A stretch of 54,916 bases of DNA from Carcharhinus longimanus (taxonomy: Eukaryota), in assembly GCA_030264375.1 (NCBI GenBank), contig JASCQW010000032.1, positions 39,525,874-39,580,789 of the forward strand, given 5' to 3'. The position numbers were made by a program, and so were the translations under genes. Positions 1 through 14,169 of this stretch are shown piece after piece. The notes under the pieces are model-generated. The model did not search any database and was not told the origin of the DNA. It was given only the letters and a program-made list of their open reading frames with translations. Numbering within the stretch: the stretch's first letter is position 1; every line of letters begins with the position of its first letter.

Positions 1-232
1 ACTGCTGCCTCACAGCACCAGGGACCTGGGTTCAATTCCCAGCTTGGGTAACTGTGTGGAGTTTGCGTGTGTTTCCTCCAGGTGCTCCAGTTTCTTTCCA
101 CAGTCAAAAAGACGTGCCCATTTGGTACACTGACCCAAACAGGCGCCAAAATGTGGCGATCTGGGGAGTTTCACAGTAACTTCATTGCAGTGTTAATGTA
201 AGCCTTACTTGTGACTAATAAACTTTAACTTT
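1..232 (+). mobile_element. V-SINE (HE1-like), alternative-tail subfamily, cut by window start
   Basis: tRNA-like head with B box GGTTCAATTCC; core TGTGTGGAGTTTGC...TTTCCTCCAGGTGCTCCAGTTTC; tail ...TTTCACAGTAACTTCATTGCAGTGTTAATGTAAGCC...GTGACTAATAAACTTTA shared with 19252-19512. Confidence 0.85.
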
Positions 233-2402
233 AGGGAGCAAACAAGGATTACACAGATCTCCAAAAACATGAAGTTAGTGATCATTTCAGATGAACGTTG
301 CAGAAACTAAAAATTAACAGGGCCACGAGTGCTTGTGATCTTCATGTTGCAGATGCAGATATCATCCACACATTCTCCATTTTCACTTTGCTGGTCACCA
401 TCATTCTACAACTAAATAAAACATTTGTAAATACACAAGTTATGCTGCAATAAGCTTCACATAAGGATACCTCAGGTATTATGACACAATAGGTCAGAAT
501 TCATTGGCAAAACAATGGTGTTTTAACGTGCACACAATTAGTATGTGTGCAAATCGTAATGCAATTTTTGATGAAGAAATACTCCATGTCCACAAACTAA
601 TGAAAATGGGAATTGAGTGCACCTCCCCCCCCGCCACGCATGGGTTATTACTTTAATTGCATGGTAATTACTAATTACGCTGGTCACAAAGCCAGGGCAG
701 CTACTCAAACACTCCAATAAGAAAGAAAATAACAAACTGCAGACCGNNNNNNNNNNNNNNNNNNNNNNNNNNNNNNNNNNNNNNNNNNNNNNNNNNNNNN
801 NNNNNNNNNNNNNNNNNNNNNNNNNNNNNNNNNNNNNNNNNNNNNNNNNNNNNNNNNNNNNNNNNNNNNNNNNNNTCCTTTCTGTACCCGAATTCACCAG
901 CTCCCAGACATTACCACACCATAACCATTTGCGCTCCTAGCAATTTGCAGCACAAAGGGCTCAATTTAAAAGATGAGAGGGAATAGACTCACTAACAGAG
1001 CCTGCAAGAGACCTTACCCATGAAAATTCTAGTCATTAACTTCACAAAAACACTTAACGGAAGTGACCCCTTTTATTTTATTCCTTTTCTGAGTTGGTGC
1101 AGGTTCACTGCAGTGGTGGGGGAAATACCCTGAAAAATAAGCAGCTAATTGATCAGCTACCCAAAGCATGGCTTCGATTCTTTTCCCTCATTGTCTAAGG
1201 ATCTGCTCCATTAATGACCAATTCCACTCCGTTGAAGCTTTACTGTTCACCCCTCCTCACACAAAAGTGCCTCTCAGCTCTTACTTCCTCACTGGAAAAT
1301 ATGATTTCTATTGACACACACAGTATTTGCCAAACTAAAATTACCATGTGAATAAAAGGTGTTTTGCCTGGGTCTTAAGGAAACAATACAAAGCCTATGT
1401 TTGCAAATGCAAAATGTTGGGCCTCAGTTTAATTTTCATACGACAGATCTGATGGACAATTACTTTTTTAGACAAAGTGCATCACACAGCAATTGTGGAT
1501 TAAACTTTTTTTTTATATAGGTTTACATTCTACATACAGGCTTATTTGAAAGCTATCACTAGATCGGTTGTGTAAATTTTCTGCCCTAAATAAGAAACAA
1601 GCAATCCTCTGCACTCCCAACTCTACTGTTACTGCTGCTAGATCCCTTAACTCCAGTGCTACCAGATCCCAAACCCACCCCCACACACTTACTTCAACAA
1701 CTGTCAAGTACTAACAGACCTCATGACTCCACCATGCTGTCTGATCGCAGCACTTTCACCTGGCAGACTAAAGAACTCCTAATGCCCTCCGGTTGGGAGC
1801 TGACACAAGCAATCACAAGGATCAAAGGTCTTTTGGTGCACTTCCAGATGTGTCAATGTAACAAAACCTAAAAGCAATCAGTGGGTGATTGATATATGGA
1901 TGAGAAGAACAGAGTCAAGCTGATGTATCCAAATGCTTGAAAGACATTATCTTTTGCTCATGTTGCATCTACAGCACCATAACAAATTTGTCACTAGTCA
2001 GGCAAGGTTTTCTTAAGGGTTTTGCACTTTTGCTGCCCAAATGCAGAAAGCTAGTGAATCAAAACATACCAGTTGTGCACACAAGCATAGAACCGAATTA
2101 ATGAATGGAAATATGGAATATTTATTGAAAGTAACAACCTCAAAATGCAAAGCACAAAAGACTGAACACAAATGCTAACTTGTCTCCTGGAAGCTCATCA
2201 AGAATATGGGCAATGTGGCACTAGGCATAAGCAGCAATGGTTGTTCTCAAGAAACTAGAAAACGCTCTTTTACATGTAATAGATCTAGAAAGGAAGACTC
2301 AGAGCACAACAAAATATACCTGGAAGAAACAAATTTCAAAATAGTCAAAATGTACTACAGTCAGGAGTATGTTTGAAAGACTTCTTGCAACATGTAAGCT
2401 TG

Positions 2403-3412
2403 AAACTCATCTCCAAACTCTGTGGCCTGAGCCTTGGCACCTCCCTTGCGACTGGATCCNNNNNNNNNNNNNNNNNNNNNNNNNNNNNNNNNNNNNNNNN
2501 NNNNNNNNNNNNNNNNNNNNNNNNNNNNNNNNNNNNNNNNNNNNNNNNNNNNNNNNNNNNNNNNNNNNNNNNNNNNNNNNNNNNNNNNNNNNNNNNNNNN
2601 NNNNNNNNNNNNNNNNNNNNNNNNNNNNNNNNNNNNNNNNNNNNNNNNNNNNNNNNNNNNNNNNNNNNNNNNNNNNNNNNNNNNNNNNNNNNNNNNNNNN
2701 NNNNNNNNNNNNNNNNNNNNNNNNNNNNNNNNNNNNNNNNNNNNNNNNNNNNNNNNNNNNNNNNNNNNNNNNNNNNNNNNNNNNNNNNNNNNNNNNNNNN
2801 NNNNNNNNNNNNNNNNNNNNNNNNNNNNNNNNNNNNNNNNNNNNNNNNNNNNNNNNNNNNNNNNNNNNNNNNNNNNNNNNNNNNNNNNNNNNNNNNNNNN
2901 NNNNNNNNNNNNNNNNNNNNNNNNNNNNNNNNNNNNNNNNNNNNNNNNNNNNNNNNNNNNNNNNNNNNNNNNNNNNNNNNNNNNNNNNNNNNNNNNNNNN
3001 NNNNNNNNNNNNNNNNNNNNNNNNNNNNNNNNNNNNNNNNNNNNNNNNNNNNNNNNNNNNNNNNNNNNNNNNNNNNNNNNNNNNNNNNNNNNNNNNNNNN
3101 NNNNNNNNNNNNNNNNNNNNNNNNNNNNNNNNNNNNNNNNNNNNNNNNNNNNNNNNNNNNNNNNNNNNNNNNNNNNNNNNNNNNNNNNNNNNNNNNNNNN
3201 NNNNNNNNNNNNNNNNNNNNNNNNNNNNNNNNNNNNNAATGGACTTACCTTGCATTAAGTTAATCTTTCTCTACACCCTAGCTATGACTGTAACACTACA
3301 TTCTGCACTCTCTCATTTCCTTCTCTACGAATGGTATGTTTTGTCTATATAGCGCACAAGAAACAATACTTTTCACTGTATGTTAATACATGTGACAATA
3401 ATAAATCAAATA
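2403..3412 (+). mobile_element. Rex1/Babar-type LINE, 5'-truncated, middle in N-gap
   Basis: Before the gap LISKLCGLSLGTSL..DWI (RT-like); after the gap a 3' UTR nearly identical to 22510-22705, ending AATAATAAATCAAAT. Confidence 0.75.
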
Positions 3413-4299
3413 AAAGGTGAAGCTGTTGCAGAACACGGCATAGTAAGATTTAAACTGGGACTGAAAAAGAACATACTGTGAAAAGAAAAGACTTTACTGG
3501 AATAATGTGTTCTGTATGAAAAACACAAAATATGAAACAAATTAAATACTTGGATAATGCACAAATTCCAAAGGAACATCCTTCAGAATCAATAATAAAT
3601 CTCTTTGCTGTCCTGATCAACATCAAAGGAACTCGTTGTGCATACTTACAATGATGATATTCTTGATATCTGCAAAATATTCTTAGGAAAATTTCTTACT
3701 GCACAAGAGTAACCAAGTAAACAGGATGCTGAGCTCACCTAATTTTCCTTCAGGTGCACCAACAAGTGCACTATTGCCCCAAAGAGGGCACTTCTCCCGT
3801 ATGTTTAAACCTATAGATTTGGAATGAGTTGCCTTTTGATGAACCCTCCCTTACAGTGGGGAATGCTCAGATTTTCATCAAGTATCTCAAATAAAATTGT
3901 TGATGCTGACATACATGTAACTAGAGACATGGCTCCACATGATGCTAATCCATCAATATGGATAGTGTTGCCTGATTCCAATTAAGGGACTATAATTAAT
4001 GAAAGCCAAATAGAAAATGTTGCAGAGCTGCAACCTTAGAGCAATATCTGCTAAGACAGGAAAACTTTTGATAGTTAATCAATATTTCTAATCTTAGAAA
4101 AGAAGATTTTAGATTATTCTGGAACTTGAACAAAAAGAGGTACATTTCTGAACTTTAAGATTTTAAATGGACTGTATTATTGAGAAAATCCAATGGTTTC
4201 AATGGCAATGACGTCCTATATTCCTCATTGGTTATCCAGCGTTTTCATTGAGCAAAGAGTGCCAGGTTAGATATTCTTCATTTCTTTGAACACTTGTTC

Positions 4300-4500
4300 A
4301 GAAATCAAGTTGGAAGAATGTTGTTTCTAGCTAGAACATTTGAAACATTATTTTACGTAGTTTGATAGAACATGTAATTATCAAAATTAATCGGAGAGCT
4401 TAACCAGTAGGGAAAACGGTTGGATAAAGATAGCAATACCCAGATATCGAACACCTCATGTCACAAGATGTAGGATCTGTGCATTCCATGTCAAACATAG
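4300..4500 (-). mobile_element. Possible very old L1/Tx1-like RT fragment
   Basis: Minus-strand translation includes GVRYLGIAIF (YLG motif) and downstream NNILPT*FL; many stops. Confidence 0.3.
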
Positions 4501-4726
4501 AAGAATTCCATTGCCGTGAATCATAAAACTCAGGTTACTCCACTTTAGTTCACTGGAGATCTAAACTCCATTGGAAATTCACTTTGGAAGCCTTGTATCC
4601 AAAGACCCAGCCACTTTGTACGAAATAGATTCTAAAAACACTCTTTAAAAGGATCCCATTTTTATGAATTGTGCTAGAATACTTTGCAGCACCAGACTGT
4701 TTTGATGCAAAGATAAAATCATTATA

Positions 4727-4885
4727 GTCCCAGATGACCATTGGCTGCTCTCCCTTTTTGAGGACAGCACTGACCACTGGTGATTTTAACCCAAGGATTA
4801 CCACACCACAGGTGAGGGGCAAGGTTGAGAAGATAGAGCCTTCATGAATAACCTCAAACCCAAGCTGGCTGTCATCCAGCCAACA
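4727..4885 (-). mobile_element. tRNA-derived SINE family B, internally deleted copy
   Basis: CCCAGATGACCATTGGCTGCTCTCCC...CAAGGTTGAGAAG...CTTCATGAATAACCTCA...TCCAGCCAAC aligns by eye with 13796-14000. Confidence 0.75.
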
Positions 4886-5807
4886 AGCACAGAGTGAGCT
4901 AATTTTGAAATATGACTGGTTTATAGAAACGTCATCAATACAGGACAAAAATGTGGACAGGGCAAAAACAATTTCCATTTCAACTCACACCAGAAAGCAG
5001 TGCAAGTAGTTTGCTCAAGATTGAGTTGGGGAAATTCTTCCATTTAAAAAAAAAATCAAAATTTAACACTCAAATTTTCCAGTTTGAAGAGAATTCCTGC
5101 TCAGGGAGATCATATCTCGCTAAAATTCACATTTAGAAATTCAAGCACAGGTTTTGAAAAAAATTACAAAGTATTGTTCTCATATATATAATCTAATACT
5201 TCAGCTACAGGATGTTTTGATCCTGCAGTACATTTCAGGCTGTTTAATTAACTTTGGAAACTGTTCACAAAACCGCGTCACGTGCTGGATTTTTTCACTA
5301 GAAAGATTTATGGGTTGGAATGTAAAAGTGACAGCTTTCACATAGCAGAGTTCTGGGAGCAGTTTAAGCATTTCTGAAAGACAATTATTTAAGAAAAGCA
5401 TGTTCAACTACCATAACCCTTTTATGATTTCTCATCAATCTAGTCAAGGAGGTTTTCCCATCTTAAGTGACGAAGCAGATCAAATTATTTTGATTTCTTG
5501 TGTGGAAAGCCATCACAGATTAAAATTCACCAATGTAAAACAATAGATGACATTAGTTTAATAAATTCATTTGAGCTTACAAAATCTGAAATTATACTGA
5601 AAGGAATAGCTTAAAGGAATAATCTTGCTTTATCAATGTTCAGGTCAGTGTGTTTAGTGCAAATATAGTGTGTTTGCTGATTCATTAGCCTCCATTCAAA
5701 GGTTTAAAAAAGAGCAACTCACTCTGCTCAATTTAGTTTTAACATATAAATAAAATCCTCAACTAGAATTATTTCAAATATAAAATGCTGACATTTATGA
5801 GGCCACA

Positions 5808-6055
5808 TCAGCTGTGGTTCAGTTCATAGTACTTTTGCAGCAGGTTGTGGATTCAAGTCCCATTAGGACTTCAGCGCAATGATCTAGGTTGGCACTCCAG
5901 TAAATGACTGAGGGAGTGCTGCAGTGGCATAGGTGCCATCTTTCAGATGAGATCCCACATTTGTCACATTACAATAGTGACTTCACATCATGAGTATAGT
6001 ATTTCCATCAACCATTAAGTGGTCATGAAAAGCACTGTACATATGCAAGTTTCTC
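5808..6055 (+). mobile_element. Deu-domain SINE (SacSINE1-like), decayed
   Basis: A/B-box-like TGGTTCAGTTCA / GATTCAAGTCC; core ACTGAGGGAGTGCTGCA..GGTGCCATCTTTCAGATGAGA; L2-like tail ATATGCAAGTTTCT. Confidence 0.7.
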
Positions 6056-6448
6056 TTTACGAGACAAGTCAGACAAACAAGGAAAACCACAATTCATTTT
6101 TTTGATCAATATTTAAGGATAATTTAAGAGTCTAATAATTTAATATTTTACTGGTGTTCAATTTCTCACACTATATAAAGCAGATTGATGCTGAGAAAAT
6201 AAGACCAACCAACACCCATGTTTTCACAAAGACTAACCTAATATACCTCAAGTTACATACTTAAAAAACTTTAACAACCTATACAATCCAATATAAAAGT
6301 CAAGCTTCTTAATCAATTCAGTACCTGTAATCACATCAAATGGAACAAGATATGTTCTTAGCTGCATAAGGAAGGTACAAAGCTTCTTATGGATGCTTTG
6401 GTCAAAATAAGCATGACAAGCGGCTTGGACTTGGAAAGGTTTAAATTA

Positions 6449-6598
<150 letters not shown>

Positions 6599-8220
6599 TT
6601 AAATGACTGATTTTATAGTGGTTTTGCTTTTCTTTGTTTTACAAACACTTAACACTGATGGTCTCCAGACAACTCAGCACAGATGTGCTCAGCAGGACAT
6701 GGACTGCCATTCAGACTGTGATAATATTAGGGAAGTGTTGACAGAACTGCACGTTGAATTACTTCTGATATATGCAAAGTATTGGCGTTATTCAACATTT
6801 AATACAAGAGATTGCTGCAAAAACAGATGTCATGAAGTATGCAAAGAACATTGAACTTTCAATTTATATCACTCAACTCAAAGGACAAGATTTCAACTAT
6901 AAAAAAAAGCCCAGACCATTTGTGCGTGGAAATAGCAGGCAATATGGAAGCACATCAAATTATAGAATGAATGTGCCATCCAATGGAGCATAGTCAACCT
7001 CAGGTTGCTTATCTCTATGGAGAAACACTGAAAATGAACCAAAAGCTTCAATGCAGCTCTACACAGGTACATAGGTTTGTTATTCCACCCACTATACTTT
7101 GAAGGTGTGGTGGAACAAAGTAGTGGGAAAACCTCCAGGACACTTGGAAGAAATTGAGCAGCACTATTCTAAAAACAGATTTGGTTCCATTATAAAGAGT
7201 CCTTTTCAATCTGTCCCAGAGAACTCAGCAAGCCAATATCCCGAATGTAAGCTATCTGCTTACACTGTTGCATAACAAGTTAAACTGTATAATTTTGACT
7301 GGGTAACGTAATCAAGGCCCCACACATGTATTTAGGAGTTCCAAATGTTGTCTCTTACCAACCAGAGTCTAATCTCATTTCCCTACAGGAACAATGTACG
7401 TATTCCACATCAAGCAAAGAAAAGCTTTTATGTATGAATTTCTTAATCTTGGTTTGAATCTGCTGAGCATCATGATCAGTTCTATCAGTCATTCAGCTGA
7501 CCAAAAAGTAGCGCTTGCTTTATTGCAGTATAGTTTCACGGGTCCCCGGCATCACAATCAAATAGCATTTATTCATACATCAGAAAAAGGTTTAGGCAGA
7601 GTTCTATCCTGATGTCAAAACAGGCACATTTTCAGCAGGAGTCAGTGGCCAAGGATCAGGAATGAGGACTGTGATCCATTTTCTCCCTGCCTAATCCAGA
7701 AGTGCTAAAGTACGTTTCTATTACCCCAGTCGGAATGAGAACATTAGTGGAACACTGGCAGAAATCAATTTATTGTGCGATTGTGAAACTGAGATATTCC
7801 TAGACATTCTTGTATGCAAGATTTTCTGAAAATGCCAGAGTATATAATGTCAGAGAGATCCGATGCATCCAAGTCCAACTAATTTTCTTCCTTTTGTACA
7901 AAATAAAGGTAAATTACACATCATTGTCCTGCTTTGTACACTTTCAAGTAAGCTCAAGTAATTGTAAAACGCCACCTATAGACCTCTGTAGAAAAAAAAA
8001 TCTAATATTAGTTTAATTAATCAGCAACATACATTTTAAAATTTAAAAACATGCAATTTCAGATTACATAGGTCATTATCTATAATAATGCACAATTTTT
8101 GGCTTTCTAGACTATTTTGGTCAATGTAATGGTCATGTCTGTAGATGGGTTTATTTTATTGGCACTACCTGGCACATGCAGAGGACTGGAATGAGTGACT
8201 CATGTGCAGCTAGTGAAGAA

Positions 8221-8560
8221 GGGTTGGCACAGTAGCACAGTGGTTAGCACTGCTGCTTCACAGCTCCAGGGACCTGGGTTTGATTCCTAGCTTGGGTCAC
8301 TGTCTGTGTGCAGTTTGCACATTCTCCTCATGTCTGCATGGGTTCTCTCTGGGTGCTCTGGTTTCCTCCCACAGTCCAATGATGTGCGGGTTAGGTTGAT
8401 TGGCCAATCTAAAATTTCCCCTCAGTGTCCTGAGATGCATAGGTTAGAGGGATTAGTGGGTAAAATATGCGAGGGTAGGCCCTGGGTGGGATTGTGGTTG
8501 GTGCAGACTCGATGGGCCAAATGGCCTCTTTCTGGACTGTAGGGTTTCTATGATTCTTAT
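8221..8560 (+). mobile_element. V-SINE (HE1-like), full length
   Basis: GGCACAGTAGCACAGTGGTTAGCACTGCTG head, V-core, CR1-type tail ACTCGATGGGCCAAATGGCCT...TTCTATGATTCT. Confidence 0.9.
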
Positions 8561-8616
8561 GAAAACAAAATATAGCAGAAGAGATAGGTGCCCAAAGTTG
8601 CTCTAGCTGGTGACCT

Positions 8617-8752
8617 TGGCAGGATTCTCCAGTTGTTCAACTTAGTGGGATTCTACCATCCTGCTACAATGAACTGAAATTTGGCTGAGCACCAAACTCT
8701 CTGCCCTCTCTGGCAGCGATGGCAGTGAGTGAATGGCCAGAGAATTCCAGTC
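8617..8752. mobile_element. Short MITE-like element
   Basis: Imperfect inverted termini GGCAGGATTCTC ... GAGAATTCCAGTCC; termini resemble those at 23519-23647. Confidence 0.45.
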
Positions 8753-10524
8753 CTTATTTCTGTGAGGGATGGGGTAGATTAATAGGAGGGATAAGAATGG
8801 CAGACAAGGGATGGGAATGGTATGAGAATGGCATAGGGGTGATAAGTGAGATGCTAGAATTGGTGAAGTGTGGCAACATCGCAGGGAAAGCTACTTGATA
8901 AAAATTTTCAAAAGCTATGTGTGTTAATATTGAAAATTCATTAAATTTGAATGAAACGGTTTTAGAAAAGCTGTCAGATGAATTAAAAGAATAGAATCCA
9001 TTCTGATACATAGATGAAGAATTGTCTATACCCTCCGTGGTTTCTATACAGGCCAACTCCAAAGGGGATACTATTGCACAAACTGCTCATGTGTATACAC
9101 AACTGCTCAGGAAGCAGCAGTTCTATTACTGCTACAAGACATGAATCTGAAACAAGGACTTTGTCATAAGCAAGACTGGTAGTTTGGAAGCTGTTTTGTT
9201 TGATGACAGATTTCAAGAGAATTGAGTGTTTAATTTTTGAATAATATAGTCCATCAGATGTTAACCTCCCTTTTTCAACTGAGAAAACAGGTCTTCTTTT
9301 TCCGTGACTATAAACACATCATAAGGTCAGACTCTTGACAACGTTTGTGTTTATATTCCTAAGCAAGCTTTTACACATTGACAGCTTTAGGTAGCTTTTC
9401 CGGAGAAACTTTGATCCTGTTAAGATCTTCGGTGGAAGAATAACTAGAAATCCTCTATTTAAAGTAGTACTTTTGCAATAAATGTGCTAATTAGACAGCA
9501 AATATTTTGTAGGTCTCTGCTAGTTCCTGTGAATACCTTTAGATATGGGCGTGCATTCAGATTAGCTGAAGTTCTTGAGGAGGTAAGCTTTTTTGTCAAT
9601 TCTACAATTTCCCACATATCACTTAAACAATTAGCAAAAAAAAAGATAAATTATTGGGAGTACCAAGTTTGAATATTAGGTAGCTTCAAACTTAAATCCT
9701 TATCTTTCTGGTTCAGAGATAAGCATTCTATCATATCTGCTGTCAGGTCATTGGGCTTCAAAGCCAAAACTAGTGAAAAGGGGTATATGTAACAATCACA
9801 CTTTGTGTCTACATCACCAATAGAACTGCTACAGAATGCTAGTCTTCATATCAAATAAATTATGAAATGTGGCGACAAAAGACAACAAATTAACACAGGA
9901 ATTATTTTACTCAGTCAAAACAAACATTTTTGATAAAAAAAATTAAATTTTACCCCTCCACACGATGTTTCATGGGTACGGAATGTGACCAAGCCAACCA
10001 TAACTACATAATGAGAACAGAAGAGTCCAGAAAATATACTAACCAAAACTTCAAATAGTTAATGAAAAATTGATTGCCTACAAGCAGCTGACTGGCTACT
10101 TCAGCAGAGACACAAATCAGATTAATCTAGATTCTGAATAAATTTAAGAGCAGGCTTTTTAATTTGCTTCAAGAATTAGATGCCCTTTGTTTGAAAATCA
10201 ATGTTACCCAATGAAACAATTCTTTTTCCATTAATTTCCTCTTCTCCCCTCCTAAATAAGTTACTTCTTCATTATTGCACAATACCAAGGAGCTTCGATT
10301 AGGGGTTAGCTTCTAGTATACCCAATGTGATCATTCTTGTTAGCTTAGGTACAATATAGTCAAACTCAATTCTGTCCCCATCTGGTCTCCACACTTGCAT
10401 ATTGACAGTAATCAAAACTGCAAACATTGGTTGATTTCACCCTGCTTAACACTAACTTAGTAAAATTAGCCACCTTTGCACAAAGCAGTGACTAAACATA
10501 TAACTTTCTTGCTTTATATTAGGT

Positions 10525-10760
10525 GTTAGCCTTGGCTCAGAGGTAATTCCCTTGTTTCAGAGTCAGCAGATCCTGGTTCAAAGTCCCACTCCAGTGACTG
10601 AAGTACATAATTTAGACTGTCACTACAGTGGTGTGTGAAAGGAATGCAGTGTTAGAGGCAATGCTTTTCAAATGAGATGTTAAACCAAGATCTGTCTGCC
10701 CTCTCAAGTGAATATACAAAGCTTTGTGGCATTATTTGAAGAAATATATCCTAGCCAAAT
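10525..10760 (+). mobile_element. Deu-domain SINE (SacSINE1-like), decayed
   Basis: GCCTTGGCTCAGAGG A box, GGTTCAAAGTCC B box, core TTTTCAAATGAGATGTTAAACCAAG..TCTGCCCTCTCAAGTG; similar to 5808-6055. Confidence 0.7.
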
Positions 10761-13700
10761 CAAACATTATGCACCAGTTGATACTCAATTATTTCCACGT
10801 CTTAGTGTTTACATAGAACCTACCACATCTTAACATGCCACTTCTNNNNNNNNNNNNNNNNNNNNNNNNNNNNNNNNNNNNNNNNNNNNNNNNNNNNNNN
10901 NNNNNNNNNNNNNNNNNNNNNNNNNNNNNNNNNNNNNNNNNNNNNCTTCTCAAATTTGTTCAAAAGCTGCATTCTTTACAAGTTTGCATAAACCTCACCT
11001 TTTGTAGGTTTCATTATTAAAAGCTGAACTGATACCAACGTTCAATCTAACCCAGTAGCAGTTTTACCGGTGTGCTGTTATACTCATTACTCCCAAATGC
11101 CTGAAATAAAATCACTGAAAGCACTGCAACCAACAGCAGCAAGTTACTGATCCAAATGAATAGAATGAACACTATCGCTAATAAAAACAGATGTTACAAA
11201 CCCACATTTGTTCTGAAATCTCCTGACTTTTATTAGCATTTCCTAAAATAACTAATTGCATTCAAGCAGACACTGATTTTTTTTATTTGCTGACTTCTAA
11301 ACAAGCTACCTTTCAATGAACAAAATTTTGTAGTTCACTGGTGCATGCTTAAGTTTCACTTCAGACTCAGAGCTCCTGTTTCTATACCTTGTTGTTGGAG
11401 CCCAGAAACCCACTGATACCATAAATCTCTCCAGAGTCTACATTTGCTATTTTCTGCTGTGTTACCCGAATCACAAGCAAAGGTTTAGAAACCAGCAATA
11501 ACAATAGAGAGCCAAGCTTTTAACTTAAAATGCAAGTTCACTAATTTAGAATTTACTTTATTTACCAAAAAAAATGATTACAATTAGATTAAAAGTGATT
11601 TTATGGTCTTTATTAACCTAGGTATAGCTTAAAAGAAAACCAGATCTCATTCAACTGAAATACAATATATTCTAATTTATGTTGGGATTATAACTTTTAT
11701 GCTGTGAGTCAATGTGAAATTTGAATTGGGTCAATGTACATGAACAAGTATCATCCAGATTTATGTTGTCATGACACACTCTCTTATGGAATTCATAAAC
11801 TAAAACTTAGCTTCACACTTTGAATAAGCATGACTATTAACACTCAAAAAACCTCCCAACAAATTCTATAAAGTCAGATTTTTTGCTATTTTTCTGTAAT
11901 GGAAAACAACTAAAATTACAATAAATAATCCATGAAGTGAAACTTTATTGCCAATAAATATAAAGTGCCATTCCACATATCTAGAATTCCCATCTACTTC
12001 TTTCACTGAAGTTTGTGATCAAACACTTTTCGCTCTCAATTACAGATGTACACTAGCAAAGCTACACTTACTGCTCACTCCTACTAGCTCAGGTATGGTA
12101 ATGGCCTTTGCTGAACTATTGGGAGCTTGTGTGTTAATTGAGCTTCCATAATATTGGGAATTTGGACCTGATGATGTTAAAGGAATGCAGAATACATCCA
12201 CGATAACATGACAAGATTTGGAAGAAAATTCAAGTGATGGCATTCCCAATATCTTTGTTGCTTTTGTCTTGCTCAGCATTTCAGGAGAAATTAAATGTGA
12301 TGAATTGTTGCAGGGCATCCTGTGAATAGCAAATCTTGGCAACTAGTCTGCTGGTGGATATTGAGTTCAGTGGGAGGGCTGATCGAGNNNNNNNNNNNNN
12401 NNNNNNNNNNNNNNNNNNNNNNNNNNNNNNNNNNNNNNNNNNNNNNNNNNNNNNNNNNNNNNNNNNNNNNNNNNNNNNNNNNNNNNNGTGGGAGGGCTGA
12501 TCGAGTGAACCATATAATTGAATTTCAGCCAACATCACAGATTCATCTATAACATCCCTGGGTTCTGTACTGTTCTATCACCAAGACAAACCAGAGATGA
12601 AGGCACAGTTGGGTAGATGTGAATGCGGATGTGGAGAATCCTTAACATGGGCTCTGGATCCCCATGGTTTCAAATCAAATAATACCAAAGAATTTTGTTG
12701 ATTACGACTTACCTCCCATAACTGACATCAGTATTCCTCCTTGTTAAACACCAGTTGGCAGCACTGAGGGAAACAAGGTACAAAATACACTGAGAACTCA
12801 CTATCAAAAGTGGATTGGTTCCACCACCACTGACTGAATGTGTCATGTTGTAAACTACTATGGCATTGAATAGCCTCAGGTGAAAACAATAAACAAAATG
12901 GAATAATCTGCTTCACCTCCTCAAATCCAATCATAGAACAGACCACCAAATAGTCCTTAAGAAAAATGTATATTTTTTGCAGTGAGATCATGCTCCCTCA
13001 TGTAGTTTAGCACTAGCACACCAAGTTACAGGCCCTAGAACATCCAAATAGGGGATATCAACAGAATTGTGCAACATCACAATCTGTCACTTCAGGGCTT
13101 GACATCCCTCCTTCCTCCAAATCAATCAAACCAAGATATCAACTTTGGTTCTATGAGTAAGTTTACAAAGGCACATCATGAGTAAAAGCAGACATACCTC
13201 AAAATAAAGCGCTACAACATGGGGTTAGCTGCACAAACACTAAAAGGAGACGCATAGAGTCAAATGATTGCAAAACCAAATGGATCAACACAGTGCCTTA
13301 CTAACTCTAGATGAAAATGGCAGTGCCCTATCAGCCAACTAACAAAAGAAAAAAAAATCAATGAAAACCTCACCTTCAACCATTTTAAGGTTTTGCATGA
13401 ATGTAAGAAACAGAGCATGGTTTTGCAAGCACCATGAACAACAAAAAAAATGCATGATTATACTCAGCATCTTCCTAAGCCTCCTCACCATGGATGTTAG
13501 TAGCATCCAGCTGATACAATTCACTCTATGTAATACTAAGAAGTTGAGTACACTCAGCTGGGCTCAACAAAAGTGATAGGTTGTGGTAATATTCTGACTG
13601 TAATGACGACTTCCATATTAAAGTTTGCTTGCCAAAGTTTATAGTGTACTTATGATTCCGGCAACTACGTAACAATGGTATTGCTGACCAGTGGAACCTA

Positions 13701-13795
13701 TTCACAAAAAAAAACTAGCCATAATATAACAATCCTGCCAACCTCCACCCAATCACATTGTAATATTTCTTGCATTAAAGGAGAAGTCACCATAT

Positions 13796-14000
13796 TCCCA
13801 GATGACCATACGCTGCTTTCCCCTTTGAGGGGGACTTTACTGATAGTGATTTAACCTGAGGACCATCACATCTCAAATGACAGACAAGGTTAAGAAGGCT
13901 GTCCTTTATGAATAACCTCAGCCAGTAAGGGAATGGAATCCTTACGGTTGGCATTACTCTGCATTATAAACCAACTGTCCAGCCAACTGAACTAAACCGA
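13796..14000 (-). mobile_element. tRNA-derived SINE family B
   Basis: Minus-strand head CGGTTTAGTTCAGTTGGCTGGACAG (A box); body homologous to 4727-4885. Confidence 0.8.
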
Positions 14001-14169
14001 TTTGGGACGATCCTGAAGCTGCGAAAGGTATTATATAAATGCTGGGCATTTTTTCAAGGTATTACACCATGGAAAAATGACCAACAATGCCACCTTGTAA
14101 CTTCAATAGCCTTACTTCCAAACACAGTTTAGATTCCACTGAACTACTTGGTTAGACCTTGTTCTATAC

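Noticed and set aside
2369-3352. Long ORFs of 274-327 aa in the ORF track
   Set aside because: Artefacts of translating through N-gaps; the flanks are Rex1 LINE sequence.
4550-4978. 142-aa minus-strand ORF
   Set aside because: Runs through a SINE, has no recognisable domain and no splice-phase fit with AGPS.
8754-9200. Coding-like purine-rich stretch and 102-aa ORF
   Set aside because: Multiple stops in the more protein-like frame and no recognisable motif.
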